Origin: Cycas panzhihuaensis
Taxonomy: Eukaryota > Plantae > Cycadophyta
NCBI GenBank assembly: GCA_023213395.1
Contig: CM041465.1
Location: 48,739,741 to 48,803,740, forward strand
DNA length: 64,000 nt
Reading direction: 5' to 3'
Made by a program: the position numbers and the translations under genes. Within the stretch, counting starts at the first letter, position 1. Each line of letters begins with the position of its first letter. Shown in pieces: positions 14,335-27,170 of the stretch. The notes beneath the pieces are model-generated. The model worked only from the letters and a program-made list of their open reading frames with translations. It ran no database searches and was not told where the DNA came from.

Positions 14335-14799
14335 GCCTCTGTTAAGGAATTATGTAGTTTGAGCTATATATCTCCATCTCCACTACCCTTTCGAAATGGC
14401 AATGTTTCTGGTTCGCTATTGTCTTCTTAGTGGCACTTCATTCTAAGAGACAAAGTTTGACTGTCACTCCTACTAGGGTTTTGACTTCTGGGGCTTCAAC
14501 TATGTGACAACGAGCAACTATGACTATTCCCAAAAAATAAAATATTTGTGGTAATACGAGCAGCACGACTTGCATTCTACAGGCGGCGACAATGGCGATA
14601 TATTATCCTTTATTTATTTATTATTTTTTATTTTCTATAAAGTTTGAATTAATAAAATTAAATTAAATATTATTTGAATTCTAGATTTAAAAGGCTCAAG
14701 CCCCCTTTAGTCTTGGCCCCTGGTCATATATTCCCTCCATATGACCTTTATCTTGTTGCTAAAGGGGCTTTTCAACTTTATAAAATTTTTTCCTTTTTT

Positions 14800-15951
14800 A
14801 GAAGGATATAGCCAAGCCCTCTATAGATGGCACAAAGTATCGCTAGTTGGTAGGGAGTCTGATATATTTGACTCACACCAAGCCTAATATCGCATACGCT
14901 GTCGAGTTAGTTTCCTACTACATGTAGAATCCTTAGGAGCCTCATTTAGTTACTGCAAAGCGGATTTTGAAGTATTTGAAGGGGACAATCAATCTTAGTC
15001 TGGAATACTGTTGAGGTAAAGAGATACAATTACATGTCTACACAGATGTTGATTGGGGAGGAGATTTCGACGATCAGAAGTCCACTGTTAGATACCTGTT
15101 TAGTGTTGGCAATGGATTTATTTCATGGAAGTTGAAGAAGTAAGAGACAATGGCATTATATTCTACAGAGGTAAAATATGAGGGACTCAGTACTTGTGTG
15201 AAGGAAGCCATATGGTTGCAAGGTCTCTTAGAGTTTCAAATAGACACCAAGTTATCTTTGTTGATAATCAAAGTACCATTTATCTATCAAAGAATTTAGA
15301 GTTTTATACACATATGAAGTAAATTAAGATTCAACACCATTACATTCATGAATAGATCAAATCAAAGAAGTTGTAGGTTGACTACTGTTTGAGTGAATTC
15401 TAACTTGTAGACGTGTTCACAAAACCTCTCACTGAAGATCAATTCACGAAGATGCGTACTGGACTTGGACTCACCAATGTTATCCTTGAGGAGGGATGTA
15501 TCGACAACAATAAAGAACCTGTAGGATAATCTCAGCGTTTGTGATAACATAACTATTGCAGTTGTTAGGCTCCCCACATTCACATTGAGGGGGGATGTTA
15601 ACATGGCAATTAATTATTAAGCCACTTAGTTAATGTTAATATGGTTTAATTAAGTGAAAAGGTATGAAGCCAAAAGGTATGACTTATTCAGAGGGTCACA
15701 ACCCTAATTGGGTGACACCTCTTGGAAGAACATAAGTGCCTTAAACCCTTGTGTATTCGATGAATCATTGTATCAAATTCATTATGAAATAATCAAGTGA
15801 TCCATTAAGGATCCTTTTGTGGTGGGTTTTTTCCTCAAAGGATTTTCCCACGTAAATCTCGTGTATTGTGCATTTGTTTTCTGTATACATTTGTTTACTT
15901 GCTGTGTATTATAAAAGATTATGCGGTTGGGAACATTTGTGTATGATTTCA
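14800..15951 (+). mobile_element. Copia 3' remnant (RT end, RNase H, PPT, 3' LTR), related to element F
   Basis: LVGSLIYLTHTKPNIAYAV and YTDVDWGGDFDDQKST. PPT tgagggggga, then LTR start tgttaacatgg at 15596. Shares tccttgag.aggatgtatc.acaa with F. Right end approximate. Confidence 0.8.
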
Positions 15952-16119
15952 TGTTCCTGGACAAGGTTAGTAGAGTAATTAATAACATAAAGTTATGAAA
16001 GAACTATCTTAAAGGCTAAGAAGATATTATAAAAAGAAACATTTCCAAGATATAAAAGACTTATTCATTTTTTAACATAGCCCTTCCATTGATTAGGTTC
16101 CAATAAGGTCATATTTTAT

Positions 16120-16122
16120 TGT

Positions 16123-16158
<36 letters not shown>
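16120..16158. repeat. (GT)n microsatellite
   Basis: Direct reading. Confidence 0.9.
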
Positions 16159-16161
<3 letters not shown>

Positions 16162-17039
16162 ATTTTAATGTTGCTATGAGTTTGATGAATTAAGGTTAAC
16201 AGTTTATTTCCACAATCAAATAAAGATTATAGTGTTATTATGGTATAAATTTGAAATTATTAAATATTTTGTTATAGAAATAAATGATGAATATATGTAA
16301 AGATGAGTGGCTAGTTGGTGACCATGTTTAGGTACACTCTTTAGATTTAGAATAAGCTTAAAATAAAGCTCTTACAAGAGATCTTAACATTAATTCAAGC
16401 CTAGCTAATTAGTTATGCTTTTCTTAAGCAATTGATACATACTATAATGAAAATGTTTGAACTAAAAAAAATTATGGAGAACACAACCACTCATAATTAT
16501 GATAACAATTAAGGAGGCAATGCTTTGAAATTGCAACCATATATAGAATTTGTATTGAAGTCTTTATGAAGGCAATGCAAACCTATGTAAACAATTTAAA
16601 TAGGCATGATATGGGCAAATTTAATCTTATAAATTTAGTAATATATCATAAGCACATCTAATTTAAAAAAAATTGAGATGGGGGTTTCTTAAATGTGAAA
16701 GAAATACCAACTTATTATATTTATCCCACTACTAACGTATATGAAAATCATGTTCAATATAAAATGGATGAATCAAACCCTAAGGAGAGAGAATATGAAA
16801 AATAAGATTTGAATATTTTGTACATATAATCGATATAATAAGCATATTGAGCTTCAACTTTATAGAGTGCAATTATATTTCAACTAAGGCAAATGAAAAA
16901 CTTTTCTAAATACTAAGCACACTAGCTTCTCATGGGTATAATACTAACTTACTTATTATAAACAAGTAATGCTTGAAACTTCTCAAATACGTTAAACAAA
17001 ATAAAAGACCAATTTGTATGAATAACCTTTAGATGCATT

Positions 17040-17075
<36 letters not shown>

Positions 17076-19218
17076 CTTATGTAAAATGCTCATGAAGTTA
17101 CACACAAGGTTAAAATATCATGTCTAAATGATATGGACATACATAAGGTGAGACATATCATTATAAATGTGCACACTCCTATGGATGTTGAATTATTATG
17201 CATGTACTTCCACCCTAACCCCAAACATATGCACCCACTTGCCCACCCAGTCACCTATTATGCTTCCTTACATTCCCCATAGTGCATTTGATATTATAAG
17301 AAGACTTCAAACACACGTTAATCTCAATTAACATAATTATTTATCTAATTATCAAGTTGGCAACTAAATTCGTAGCTTTTCTTAGTTTATAATTGTAATG
17401 CACCTTATTAGTAAGAAGGAATTCTTATATTTGCCACTTCAAAAGTAAACATTTGCATACATATGTAACCCATTCCCATAACAATTGGCTTTGACCTTAA
17501 CTCTCTTACTAACAAGCTTCCTTTATAATTAAGGGATGAAATCATATTAGTATTTTTTGAAGAATCAAGGTATTAACATGCATATATGCCATCTAATTAA
17601 TGAATGGACCTAATAAAAATCATCATAAAAACCAATAATAGAATTAGATGCAACATCTTTGACTAATTAATGCTACACACTAATAAAATATTTACAAGAA
17701 GGAATAATGTGAGAAAATGAAAATACTGGACTTGACCAAATGAAAGATAAAAGTGTCGAAAGAATTAAATGAGCTTATGCTATATTTGCCACTTTTGAAA
17801 CAAGTGATGTTGAAATTAACAGAGTGCTTGCTCAAAATAAGAAAGATAATAATTTATCATAAACATGACCACACATTCATATTAATTTGAACATTCTTGT
17901 TAAGTATTGTTAAAAGTCTTAATATGAGCACAAACAAAATGAACAAATTCCTAACACCACGTAATTGACACTGACTAAATAATTTAGAATGAGCTTGTAT
18001 TACAAGGATGTAAAACAACTTTAGGCTTTAAAAATAAAGGGGTTTGTTATGTTTCAAAGTTTTAACTATAATAGATAAAGATGAAATTATCCCTGAACAT
18101 AAAGAACTTCTTTTATGGGAATATAAAATTAGATCTTGGTCATGTTGAGAGACTTAAGAAGGCCAAATTGTTAAAAATTAGAAGCAAAAGGTCACGCAAG
18201 TTAAAACAGTTAAATTGCTCAAGTAATTATGATATATTCAAAAAATATAAAGTGACCATTTATGTTTGCACTCGAGCCAAGCCCCCTTTAGAGGAAGAGG
18301 GGCTAATTCTCATTTTATGGATAGAAAGATTTCTCCTTTTGTGGAAGCTGCTTCTACAATTTTTGTCAATATAAGTCGCACTCTCGCTTCATTTATAGTT
18401 TGAGTGATTTTAGATCTCCTGGGTAGCTAGTGTGATTTTTTCTTGAAGCATGCCTTTGATTTGAGCCCTTGAAAGATCCCTCACATAAGGGGGTCATACA
18501 CAATACAAACCTCCTTTTGTCATCATGTTATTGTTGTTGCACTCACAAGAGAGAGAATTGGAGCTCATTTGTTACTAGGCATGTAGTTACCTACCTTTTC
18601 TCATCATCTCTTCTTGAAACTCAAATCGTCTTTCACATGCATTGTGCTGGCTTACATGACTTTCCAACAAAATATGGATGCTATAAGATCACAAGCACGT
18701 TCTTTTGAAATTAGTCACAAGTGAATCCATTTAATTGGACTCTAGAGAGATTCCTCAGAGTTTAAAACTTACCACAACAAAGATTCTAGGTAAATCTAAG
18801 GCTAACATCTTTTGATCAACCGGATTTAGGAAATCTAAAATAATGTCTTAAACTTAACGCAGAGCAAGATTGCATCGCGGGGTACATTTTATTTTATATT
18901 AATTATTGATATTCAGGCTTGGAGACTCGAAATTGGCTATTAAGACCGTTTTGTCGGCTTTTGATTGGAGGGGGGAAAACTCGAAACGTAACCGTGAAGT
19001 GTTCACAAAGGGTGATTTGAAACTCTGTCCGGCAAAACTGACTGCGTCTTGCAGGTATGACTCATCCATAGAATGAGGAGGAGAGCTCGCGTGGGCGGAG
19101 AATGGTGAAAGTGGACCTGTCAATCTTTGACTTGGGGAGCCTATAAATCGGTCGCCCTTCTTTGTTATGTGCGAGATTGATTGGTGGGTGGAAAATGCGT
19201 TAAAATCTGAGGGAAGGA

Positions 19219-19830
19219 ATGAATAACGACAATATTTGGGGGGATTGGGGGAAAATTGATAAATCAGTGGAGATGCAGGCGAGGGGTGCATCGACAGAAG
19301 AATTAGGGTTCATAGCACTACGACAACAGCCGGGCAAACGGGAATGGCATCTGAAGGTCGTAAAGATGTTGTCTTACTTCATCCTGGTAGGCTCTGGAAT
19401 CGTCTTTGGTGTGGTAGCCACTTTCCATATGACCAGGTATTTGGGTACCCCGAATCTGTTTTACTCCACATCCGTACTAGCACCGACACCCTCCCCGTCT
19501 TTGTCTTCGTCCTGTAAATCTGGCATCGGTCAGGAGCCCCAGAGATTGGAACAGTGGATCGAGCCTTCGCATGTGATGCACAATATGAGCGATGAGGAGC
19601 TCCTGTGGAGGGCTTCCATGGTGCCTCGGAGGAAAGGATATCCTTTCAAGAGGGTGCCCAAGATCGCTTTCATGTTCTTGACGAGGGGCCCTTTGCCGCT
19701 TACGCCCCTTTGGGAGAAATTTTTTAGTGGGCACGAAGGACGCTATTCTATTTATGTTCACTCTCTTCCTTCATATAGACTCCAGGTTCCTTCATCATCT
19801 CCTTTCTATGGTCGTCAGATTCCAAGCCAG
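19219..19830 (+). CDS. Core-2/I-branching beta-1,6-N-acetylglucosaminyltransferase family protein (DUF266, GT14-like, BC10-like), exon 1
   Basis: N-terminal transmembrane anchor ([17 protein letters not shown]), then [14 protein letters not shown]...[42 protein letters not shown]. Donor CAG|GTGAGT at 19830/19831. Alternative start ATG at 19273. Confidence 0.93.
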
Positions 19831-21531
19831 GTGAGTGCTTTCTTTCTCATTCTTTCCACAAAACCCCCTTTTTTTTTCATTTGCAGTTTCACAACTATTG
19901 AATAGCAATAAAAACTGCAATAATTTTCAGGTTTTGACTCCGTCCCCCCCCCCCCCCCTCCCTCCCTCTCGGCGGTTAAGTAGTGATCAGTAAAGAATCT
20001 GCCGAGGATTTTTTTCAAAAGTTAAGTTTTCTATGGTATTACTGGTAATTAGTAAAATATATAGCAAGAACTTTTAAATTTCCAGTCTTCCAGTGAATAA
20101 TCCTCACAAGATTGTCCAAAAAACCCGAGATAGTGGGTACCTTTGATAAAATTGCAATTACATTTTTTCTGATCTGAAACGTTTTCCAGTTTGATGAGAT
20201 GTGCTTCAATGTAATTAAGCTTGTTGCACCATACCATTGGTTGTCTGGATTTGTTGAATTCTGAACTATTGTCGGAAATCATGCCCTTGATCCACATCTT
20301 TCTCTATTCGAATTCATTCTTCCAGTGTTGGCCCTATTGTGGTTATCAGAAAAATAGATCTCTAGTCTGAGTTCCATTACCCCTTGCTGTATTATGGTTC
20401 ATCTTGTTGCAAATATGAAACTACCTGGCCTTGGTTGGTCCTGAGTTTTTGTGGCCTGGATTTTCATTTTCATGATGCTCTTCCTTTCTGCATTGGTGCA
20501 CTAGATCTCTCATTGTCATGTTTTTCCAGTCTCTTTGACATTTCATCCTTGTTCTTCTTTTGCTGCAGTGTCCTCATTGTTTTTAGTTTGTATTACTGCC
20601 GGTTTTTAGTTTCAATGTCCAGTTGTATCATACTTGGCATTGCCACTTTCAAACAATAATGCAATGTTTAGGAAGTAGACCGCTGACCATTATTCTTTCA
20701 CAGCTTTGTTACCTTTTTGTCAATCTTTTCCACTTCAGGTTATCTGTGCAGATGCGTAGTTGGTCATGACCTCATTTACATTTACTTCAAGACTTTCCAT
20801 GCTTGCATTATCTGACGGGGGGGTTTTCTGTACCAATCTATTGCTACAACCCTAGTATGGTATGTGATGTCGTTAATGATATGGTCTTGATTTGATGCTG
20901 TATCTGTGAGACTCTTTGGTCCTTAGTGACTTTCTCTGTGACTACTTATTTCTTCTTGAGAATTTTTTTATTGAGCTTGATATGACTCTGCTCTCTTTTG
21001 GATACACAATCTAGTTCATGTTAGGGTCTTGTGTTCCTTGGGTGATTGCAAGATCTAAGAGCAGACACATCTTTCATAGACATTGTTTAATCACTTCCTA
21101 GACTGAATTTTATCCTCCATTGTGACTGTGTCTCTACAAGAATCTTCAGTAATGAAAGTGATTTCCTTTTGCTGTCTTTTTATTCTGGCTGGTATTAAGT
21201 TCTCTTTCTTGTAAAGGGTAAATCGTGTTAAGTCTGCTCAGTTTTTCATGGTTGTAGTTTTCCCCTTCATGGTGAGGGTCTTTCATAACTGCTTGGTCAA
21301 TTTTTTTTCTTGGAGTTGAATCTGTTGTTCTGTGGTGTCTTTGGCCCTTTAAAGACCCTTAGTATTTAACCTCTTCTAATTGAAATTTTGTTGTGTTAGC
21401 TTGATTGACTTTGCATGGTTCCTCTTTTGCCCATGGTAGAGTTTTCCAGCTCCTTACCATATTATATTATACTATATTGCTATGCTAGTACATATCCATT
21501 GCAATTTTGCTGACTGTGTGAATTTTGATAT

Positions 21532-21547
21532 GTATATATATATATAT

Positions 21548-21592
<45 letters not shown>
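21532..21592. repeat. Compound (TA)n(GA)n microsatellite in the intron
   Basis: Direct reading. Confidence 0.9.
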
Positions 21593-21595
<3 letters not shown>

Positions 21596-22300
21596 TGGCT
21601 TTATCGATGAATCTCAGTCTGTTTGCAAGAAACAGTCCTGACATGCAATGGGCTGCTGTTTTGGATGCATAGGCCATTTTCTAAGGGCTGCTGTTTTTTT
21701 AAGGCCATGATTTTTAACATCTATGGAAAGCCCTGAAATTAGTATGTGCATAGTCTTAACAACATGGGGATGTAAGAGGTGCATCCATGTCTTTGTTCCT
21801 TGTTGAATTCCCAACAGATGATGTTTCTTTTTTCACTGGAGTCCTCTTTTCTTGGATGAAGCTCTCAGAAGCTAGCCGTGTAATAATTGCCAGACAGTAT
21901 TTTACCTTGTGTTGAGAGCATGCAGTCCAGTTCCAGTTCTGGTGGATTCCTAAACCTTTTGTTCTTTACTAATTGATGACATGCAGCCACCTCCCAAAGA
22001 GGTTGTGAAGCCTAGAGTCAATATTTTGGATATCCAAATGGCTAGGGTGTCTGTGCTTCCATGATCCATGCATATGACAACATATTCAAGTCATGGACAC
22101 CTGATATTTAGAGAATGAAACTTGACAGTGACTTGTAGCTTATGGATTTTATTGGCTAATTACATGCTTGTTGACCATATGCATGCAACTCTATGCTGTC
22201 GTACCTTTCCTGTCCCTGACTTTCTAAATGTGTTGCCTTGTAAGGGCACTTATTTAGTGCTTGTCACCATGAATCTAATCTATAAGATTTGTCTCTGCAG

Positions 22301-22942
22301 ATTGTACAATGGGGACAAACAAATATGTGTGATGCAGAAAGACGACTTCTTGCAAATGCTTTGCTTGATTTTATGAATGAGAGGTTCGTACTATTATCGG
22401 AGACGTGCATTCCTGTGTTTAACTTTACTACCATGTACAATTACTTGATCAAGTCGCAGCACAGTTTTATCAATTCATTTGATGATCCAGGCCCTTATGG
22501 AAGGGGACGTTACAATAGGAACATGATTCCTGAAGTAACATTAGGTCAGTGGCGGAAAGGGTCTCAATGGTTTGAAGTTCAGCGAAAGGTGGCAGTTAGC
22601 ATAGTTTCTGACAGCAAGTATTACCCGAAATTCAAGACATTTTGCACACCATCTTGTTACATTGATGAACATTACCTTCCTACTCTCTCTAATTTGCAGT
22701 TTGGATCTGTGAACTCCAATAGAAGTATAACGTGGGTGGACTGGTCAAGAGGCGGCTCTCACCCTGCAATGTTTGGAAGGGGTGATATCACAGAAGATTT
22801 TATGAGGAAAATTCGTGATGGAACTAACTGCACGTACAATAACCAGACTACTTCCTTATGCTTCCTATTTGCACGGAAGTTTTCTCCAAGTGCATTGGAT
22901 CCTCTGCTACAGCTTTCATCAAAAGTTATGGGATTTTATTGA
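22301..22942 (+). CDS. Core-2/I-branching (DUF266) glycosyltransferase, exon 2
   Basis: Acceptor tctctgcag| at 22300; phase-0 intron of 2470 bp. VQWG..MCDAERRLLANALLD..NERFVLLSETCIP, WRKGSQWFE, CYIDEHY, TWVDWSRGGSHP, CFLFARKF. The spliced ORF is 417 aa (399 from the second ATG) with no disablements. Confidence 0.95.
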   Translation: MVQWGQTNMCDAERRLLANALLDFMNERFVLLSETCIPVFNFTTMYNYLIKSQHSFINSFDDPGPYGRGRYNRNMIPEVTLGQWRKGSQWFEVQRKVAVSIVSDSKYYPKFKTFCTPSCYIDEHYLPTLSNLQFGSVNSNRSITWVDWSRGGSHPAMFGRGDITEDFMRKIRDGTNCTYNNQTTSLCFLFARKFSPSALDPLLQLSSKVMGFY

Positions 22943-23456
22943 TGTGGTATTTTATACTAACGTGCAATCCCTTTGGAAAGTTGGATTCCTCCTTTCTTGT
23001 GAAGGGATTGTAGGCTACTTTGGGCATTTTAAAATTATTCTGTGTTTATATCTGAGTTTCAGATGCCCTCTCAGAAGTATGCTCCAGTTATCAGATACTT
23101 TCAACCCGCTTTGGGTTTCAGCGCGTTGATTATTTCATTTACACTTCTATTCCCAGAAATTATGTCTTTATCAAAAGATAGGGTGGCAGGGGTTGCTTTT
23201 CTCATTCTTTCATTATCAGGCTTTATTACTTGTATTTATTTATTGTAAAGTATGCATTGACAGTTGCATCACTTAATCCCAATTTTGATAAAAATATATT
23301 CAGTTTGTCCTAGAGACCATTAAAGAATTGGTTGTGAATGACAACATTCATTTTGTGGTATCCTGCCAATGTGACAATGGAATGTGTTGCCCTAGGATGA
23401 AAGATGGTGCAATCATGGTCGGAAGATCCCTCCTTTACAACTACGAAAGCATACAA

Positions 23457-23795
23457 CTGTTATGATCCAACCCAGCTTATAAGTCGATCGCATTTACAAT
23501 TAATTATCAAGTTTTTAAATATTAAAAAGTTGGCCTCAATTATGATTATTGTGAGATAGGCAGATTATTACCTATAAATGGGGAATTATTATTCATTTGT
23601 AAAATTATCTTTTGTGAGTTTAGTCATTTGGGGTCAATTGACCATTGGGCTCCTAGGAACTTCGTTTGAGCTTTCTTATCAACGTTCTTCTTATTTGATG
23701 AAGTAGATCCAATTTGGGATCACTTCAAGTGGTATCAAAGCCAAGACTCGAGTTCGAATCCCTCTGGGGGTAACGTTGCTTATGGGGGTGGTGAG
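23457..23795 (+). mobile_element. Possible TRIM/short LTR-element remnant
   Basis: ...cacttca(23727) is followed by PBS-Met-like tggtatcaaagcc (23730-23742), gagttcgaatcc and a purine/G-rich tract. No second LTR found; left boundary uncertain. Confidence 0.35.
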
Positions 23796-26079
23796 GCAAT
23801 ATGCAGGAACATCCCTATAGCTAGGGCCCTTGGAGTGCCCAAATGCCGGTGAAAATGAGGCTAGGTGGGGCTAGTCCATTCAACCCGTGGGAGATGTCAT
23901 GGTTTATTTGGTGGAGAGTCCTTCCCACTAACACCTTGAGGTTTTGGTGCAATGTTCTGCCACAACAATAAATGAATGAAGATGCAAGGCTGGTCTCTTT
24001 GCACTTTGCATTGGTTGAGTTCTTGATGAAATTTGTGGTGTTCTTTGACACACCAAATCTCACCATGGTCTCCACTAATGATTTTATGGTGTTTTATTTT
24101 TTGTTTTTTTTTTCTTTTTATATTTAGTAGGTAGATGAAATTGTGAAACAATAGCAAGCTTTGACTTGGTTATCACTGATAGACTTCAATTTAGAGATGA
24201 GACTACTATGTGACGAGAAAGAAATAATAAAATTATAATTGATCAAATCCAATTGGAGGAAATCATGAATTGTTTTGCTAGTATGTATTTTTCAGAACTC
24301 ATTTATGAAGCTATGTATTAAGACATTTGTAACATTGGCATTCCCATATACATGGTGTGCAATATGTTGTTTCTATTGTTGGTAATTTAAATAATTATGC
24401 TACTTTGTGAGAAATCCTTCAGTACACTAGTCAAGGTTATCAATAACATAGAGGAGAGATAAGCTTGCAAGAATGCTTCAAAACTCTGCTAAAGGGAGAT
24501 GTAAAGTAAATGGAGAGCATCTCTTGGTTTCTCTTAGGAAGATAAAGAAATAAGGGATGTTTTGAAGAATGGGAGGTAAGCAAAGAAAATAAAAAACATA
24601 GGGAAGGGAGGTTGTGAAACATTAGACTTCAATGCCATTGAATACCTACGAGTCTATTTGTAGAATGATTTGAATGAAATGTAGAGGAAGGAAAGAGAAA
24701 GGAAAATGTCTGACCTAAAAAAGGTCTGAGTCTAAGATTTTGTCATGAAGCTAATTGGAACTAGTTACTGAAGAACCTAAGCTATTTAGACAAGGATTCA
24801 AAAGATTATGGTACTTTTCAAAATTAGAAATTATACCATTGAATGAATTTTGTATATTTTGCAATAAGAAATCAACTTGGAACTTGCTTTTTCTAATTTT
24901 ATAATACTTAAGAAACAATCCTTTCAATAGAGACGTCTCAAAGAAAAAATTTGTAAATGAATGGCCAAATGAGAAACAAGGCTAAAGAGAGCTCATCCAA
25001 ACCATATTTTGATGACAAGAATAAAAAGTCCCATGATGAAATTAACATGCACTCCCATACACACATAAATCCAAAAAAGTGGCTATGTGTGTGTGTGTAT
25101 ACGCCTGAATGCATAGCATTATTCATCTAATATCCAATGCCACTACACATTTGTTTCAAACTCTTTGTTGAAGTGGATTATTTTATTGTATTGATAATTA
25201 TTATACCATCATATTTACAATTTAGTGCATAATATTAATATTAAGAAATCATGAATGCAATCAATGATTAAGCAAGTATAGGGGTGCATCTCTAACTAAT
25301 GTTGTCTAATAGTGAGTTGAAACCACTAATAAATAGAAAACTAGTGCCTAATAGTCATATGAAGTTGATTTGCATTATTATTACTTGACATTACACCATT
25401 GTTTGTCTTTTTTAATAGTATGAAATAAAGGGAATTATTTAAGCTATGGTTAAGATATTTAACATCCCATGTGTAGTCGCTAATAAACTTATGGTAACGG
25501 TAGTTTATTGTGTTCATCCAACTCTTTGTATTACTCATAGGGAGCATTACAATATAATTTTAACAAGGTGGAAAGAACATGGTGTAGAGCTCCTTGACAA
25601 ATGACTCGCGTTAATGTAAGTGTAGTATAGAATGATTAAAGTAAATTATATTCTTAATAAAACAAAAGGTCTTGTACCCGACCCGTGAAAAAGGGCAACT
25701 TAGTGGTCCCATTGATAGGGGATAACCTGGACAATAGCTATTGACTTTTTTTTAAGAAGACATCAGGATGTTAAGGGGGGAAATAATACGACAAGAGAAA
25801 CATAAATTGGTGATTGGATCAGTGACACGTGTTCTCATTTTCTCTCCAAGTAGGTCTGCTTAACCCAATACCTCTCATTTGGGAGCTCCTAGAAATGATG
25901 AAATTAAACATTAGATTAATGAGTAAATTTCATTTTTATTGTGCCGGTAATTTCATTTCATTTTTGTGAGACTGCGTTTTATGCATTTTACACAAAGATA
26001 AGAGCACAACCTTCTCAATGGAAGGGAGCGCAATAATTGTCCCCAAACTTAGAGTAACCTGGCGTTTTTATCATTTACT

Positions 26080-27170
26080 TTTTGGTCACGAGACGCAAGG
26101 GCGCATCTATATAATTTAATTAATGGACTTTGACAAAGGAGCAGTTTTTAGTGAGATTTCAACAAGGCACGTGAACTGCAGAAGGAAATTGTGAGGGTAG
26201 TTGCGCCGGTGATTGAGATCCCAGACGCTTTTTTGGAACGGGGCGCGTCAACAGGGCGGCAACGAGATCTCGTGCGATACCAGAGGCAATGTTTTCTCGA
26301 GTTTTGACCAGAATCTCACTCCTAATACCAATGGATGGTAGAACGTGGTCTCCCTCCGCTTTTGGAGTCTGCGTAACGGCATGGGGTTTAATATTAGGTT
26401 CAACAACACTCACACAACGGTGACGGTATATAATCAAGTCACAAATTCGATGGGCGGTCAAATTTTGGTTTCGGACCGTCGGTTTAAGGGGCATAGGGTC
26501 GGAACCGCTGGTCGCGGCTTAGTATAGGCCGCGCATTCCCTGGCGATTCAGTTGGTAGGACGTGGCTTGTTTGTTGCCCTCTCCAAAACACGGAGATTGC
26601 ATCATTGAACGTCTCTTTGCCTGATTTGTGCTGCTTCGCTTGGGTCGCCCGACAAATTAGGTCTACTGCTATCGCCGCCGCGAAACCGAAATCTCTGCAA
26701 ATAACATAACATCATGATATAAGGTTATCCAATACTGTTAACTAACTTTGTCTATCCAAATTTGGAACTAGATTTCGATAAATATGGCACATTCATGAGG
26801 GGACTTATGGCCTAGGCTTAAAAAAAAAATTTGGAACGCTAACTGGTCGGTCGGTTTCGTAGCAGAAGATGATGTGTTCGTAAGGGTGCTAATGTTTGCA
26901 TTAATTTCGAAGCTGCTTGAAGCTGCAATCCACTGATATGCGTAGTAAATTTTAAATAGGGAGCCTGCCCTTCTTATTGATTGGTACAAACACTAGGTCT
27001 ATGTTGTAAGGATGGAATAGAACTTGTGAAAACGACTTAAATCTACAATTGCTGCAAATATGATTCTTATGTTATTCCTCAGCGGTTTAAAGTCAATTCC
27101 TACATTGGGATGTTTCTGGTCATTCCCAGTGGTGAAATACTTAACTCATGTAATAGAATGCAGGTAAGTG
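26080..27170. promoter_or_regulatory. CpG-rich island without a recognisable ORF (candidate promoter, non-coding first exon or ncRNA locus)
   Basis: Abrupt rise in GC and CpG relative to the CpG-depleted flanks. TATA-like motifs at ~26108 and ~26427. Consensus donor CAG|GTAAGT at ~27163. Confidence 0.4.

Larger units (their letters stand above)
11667..14795 (+). mobile_element. 3'-truncated LTR element E, same family as D, carrying captured gene fragments
   Basis: LTR 11667-12034 is clearly homologous to the D LTRs (tgttgg.gttaat...ttttacacatgtg...aggggttgaggagtttccctc...atggattgaatata). Decayed PBS tgacattagagc at 12037-12048. Similar AT-rich leader with (TA)n and the same hairpin module at 14690-14790. 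Confidence 0.85.

Noticed and set aside
14335-14420. Cysteinyl-tRNA synthetase fragment (LKLHNSLT) in the E array
   Set aside because: Only 8 residues of similarity, which is not enough to call.
18899-19761. Antisense ORFs 18899-19291 and 19477-19761
   Set aside because: Shadows of the GC-rich promoter and exon 1 of the glycosyltransferase, with no recognisable domain.
26540-26575. tRNA gene (ttcagttggtagg resembles a D-arm)
   Set aside because: No T-loop/B-box or acceptor stem at the proper distance.
27095-27150. snRNA gene (USE-like tcctacattg; atacttaact resembling the U1 start)
   Set aside because: Spacing is wrong, there is no TATA, and the downstream sequence does not match U1.
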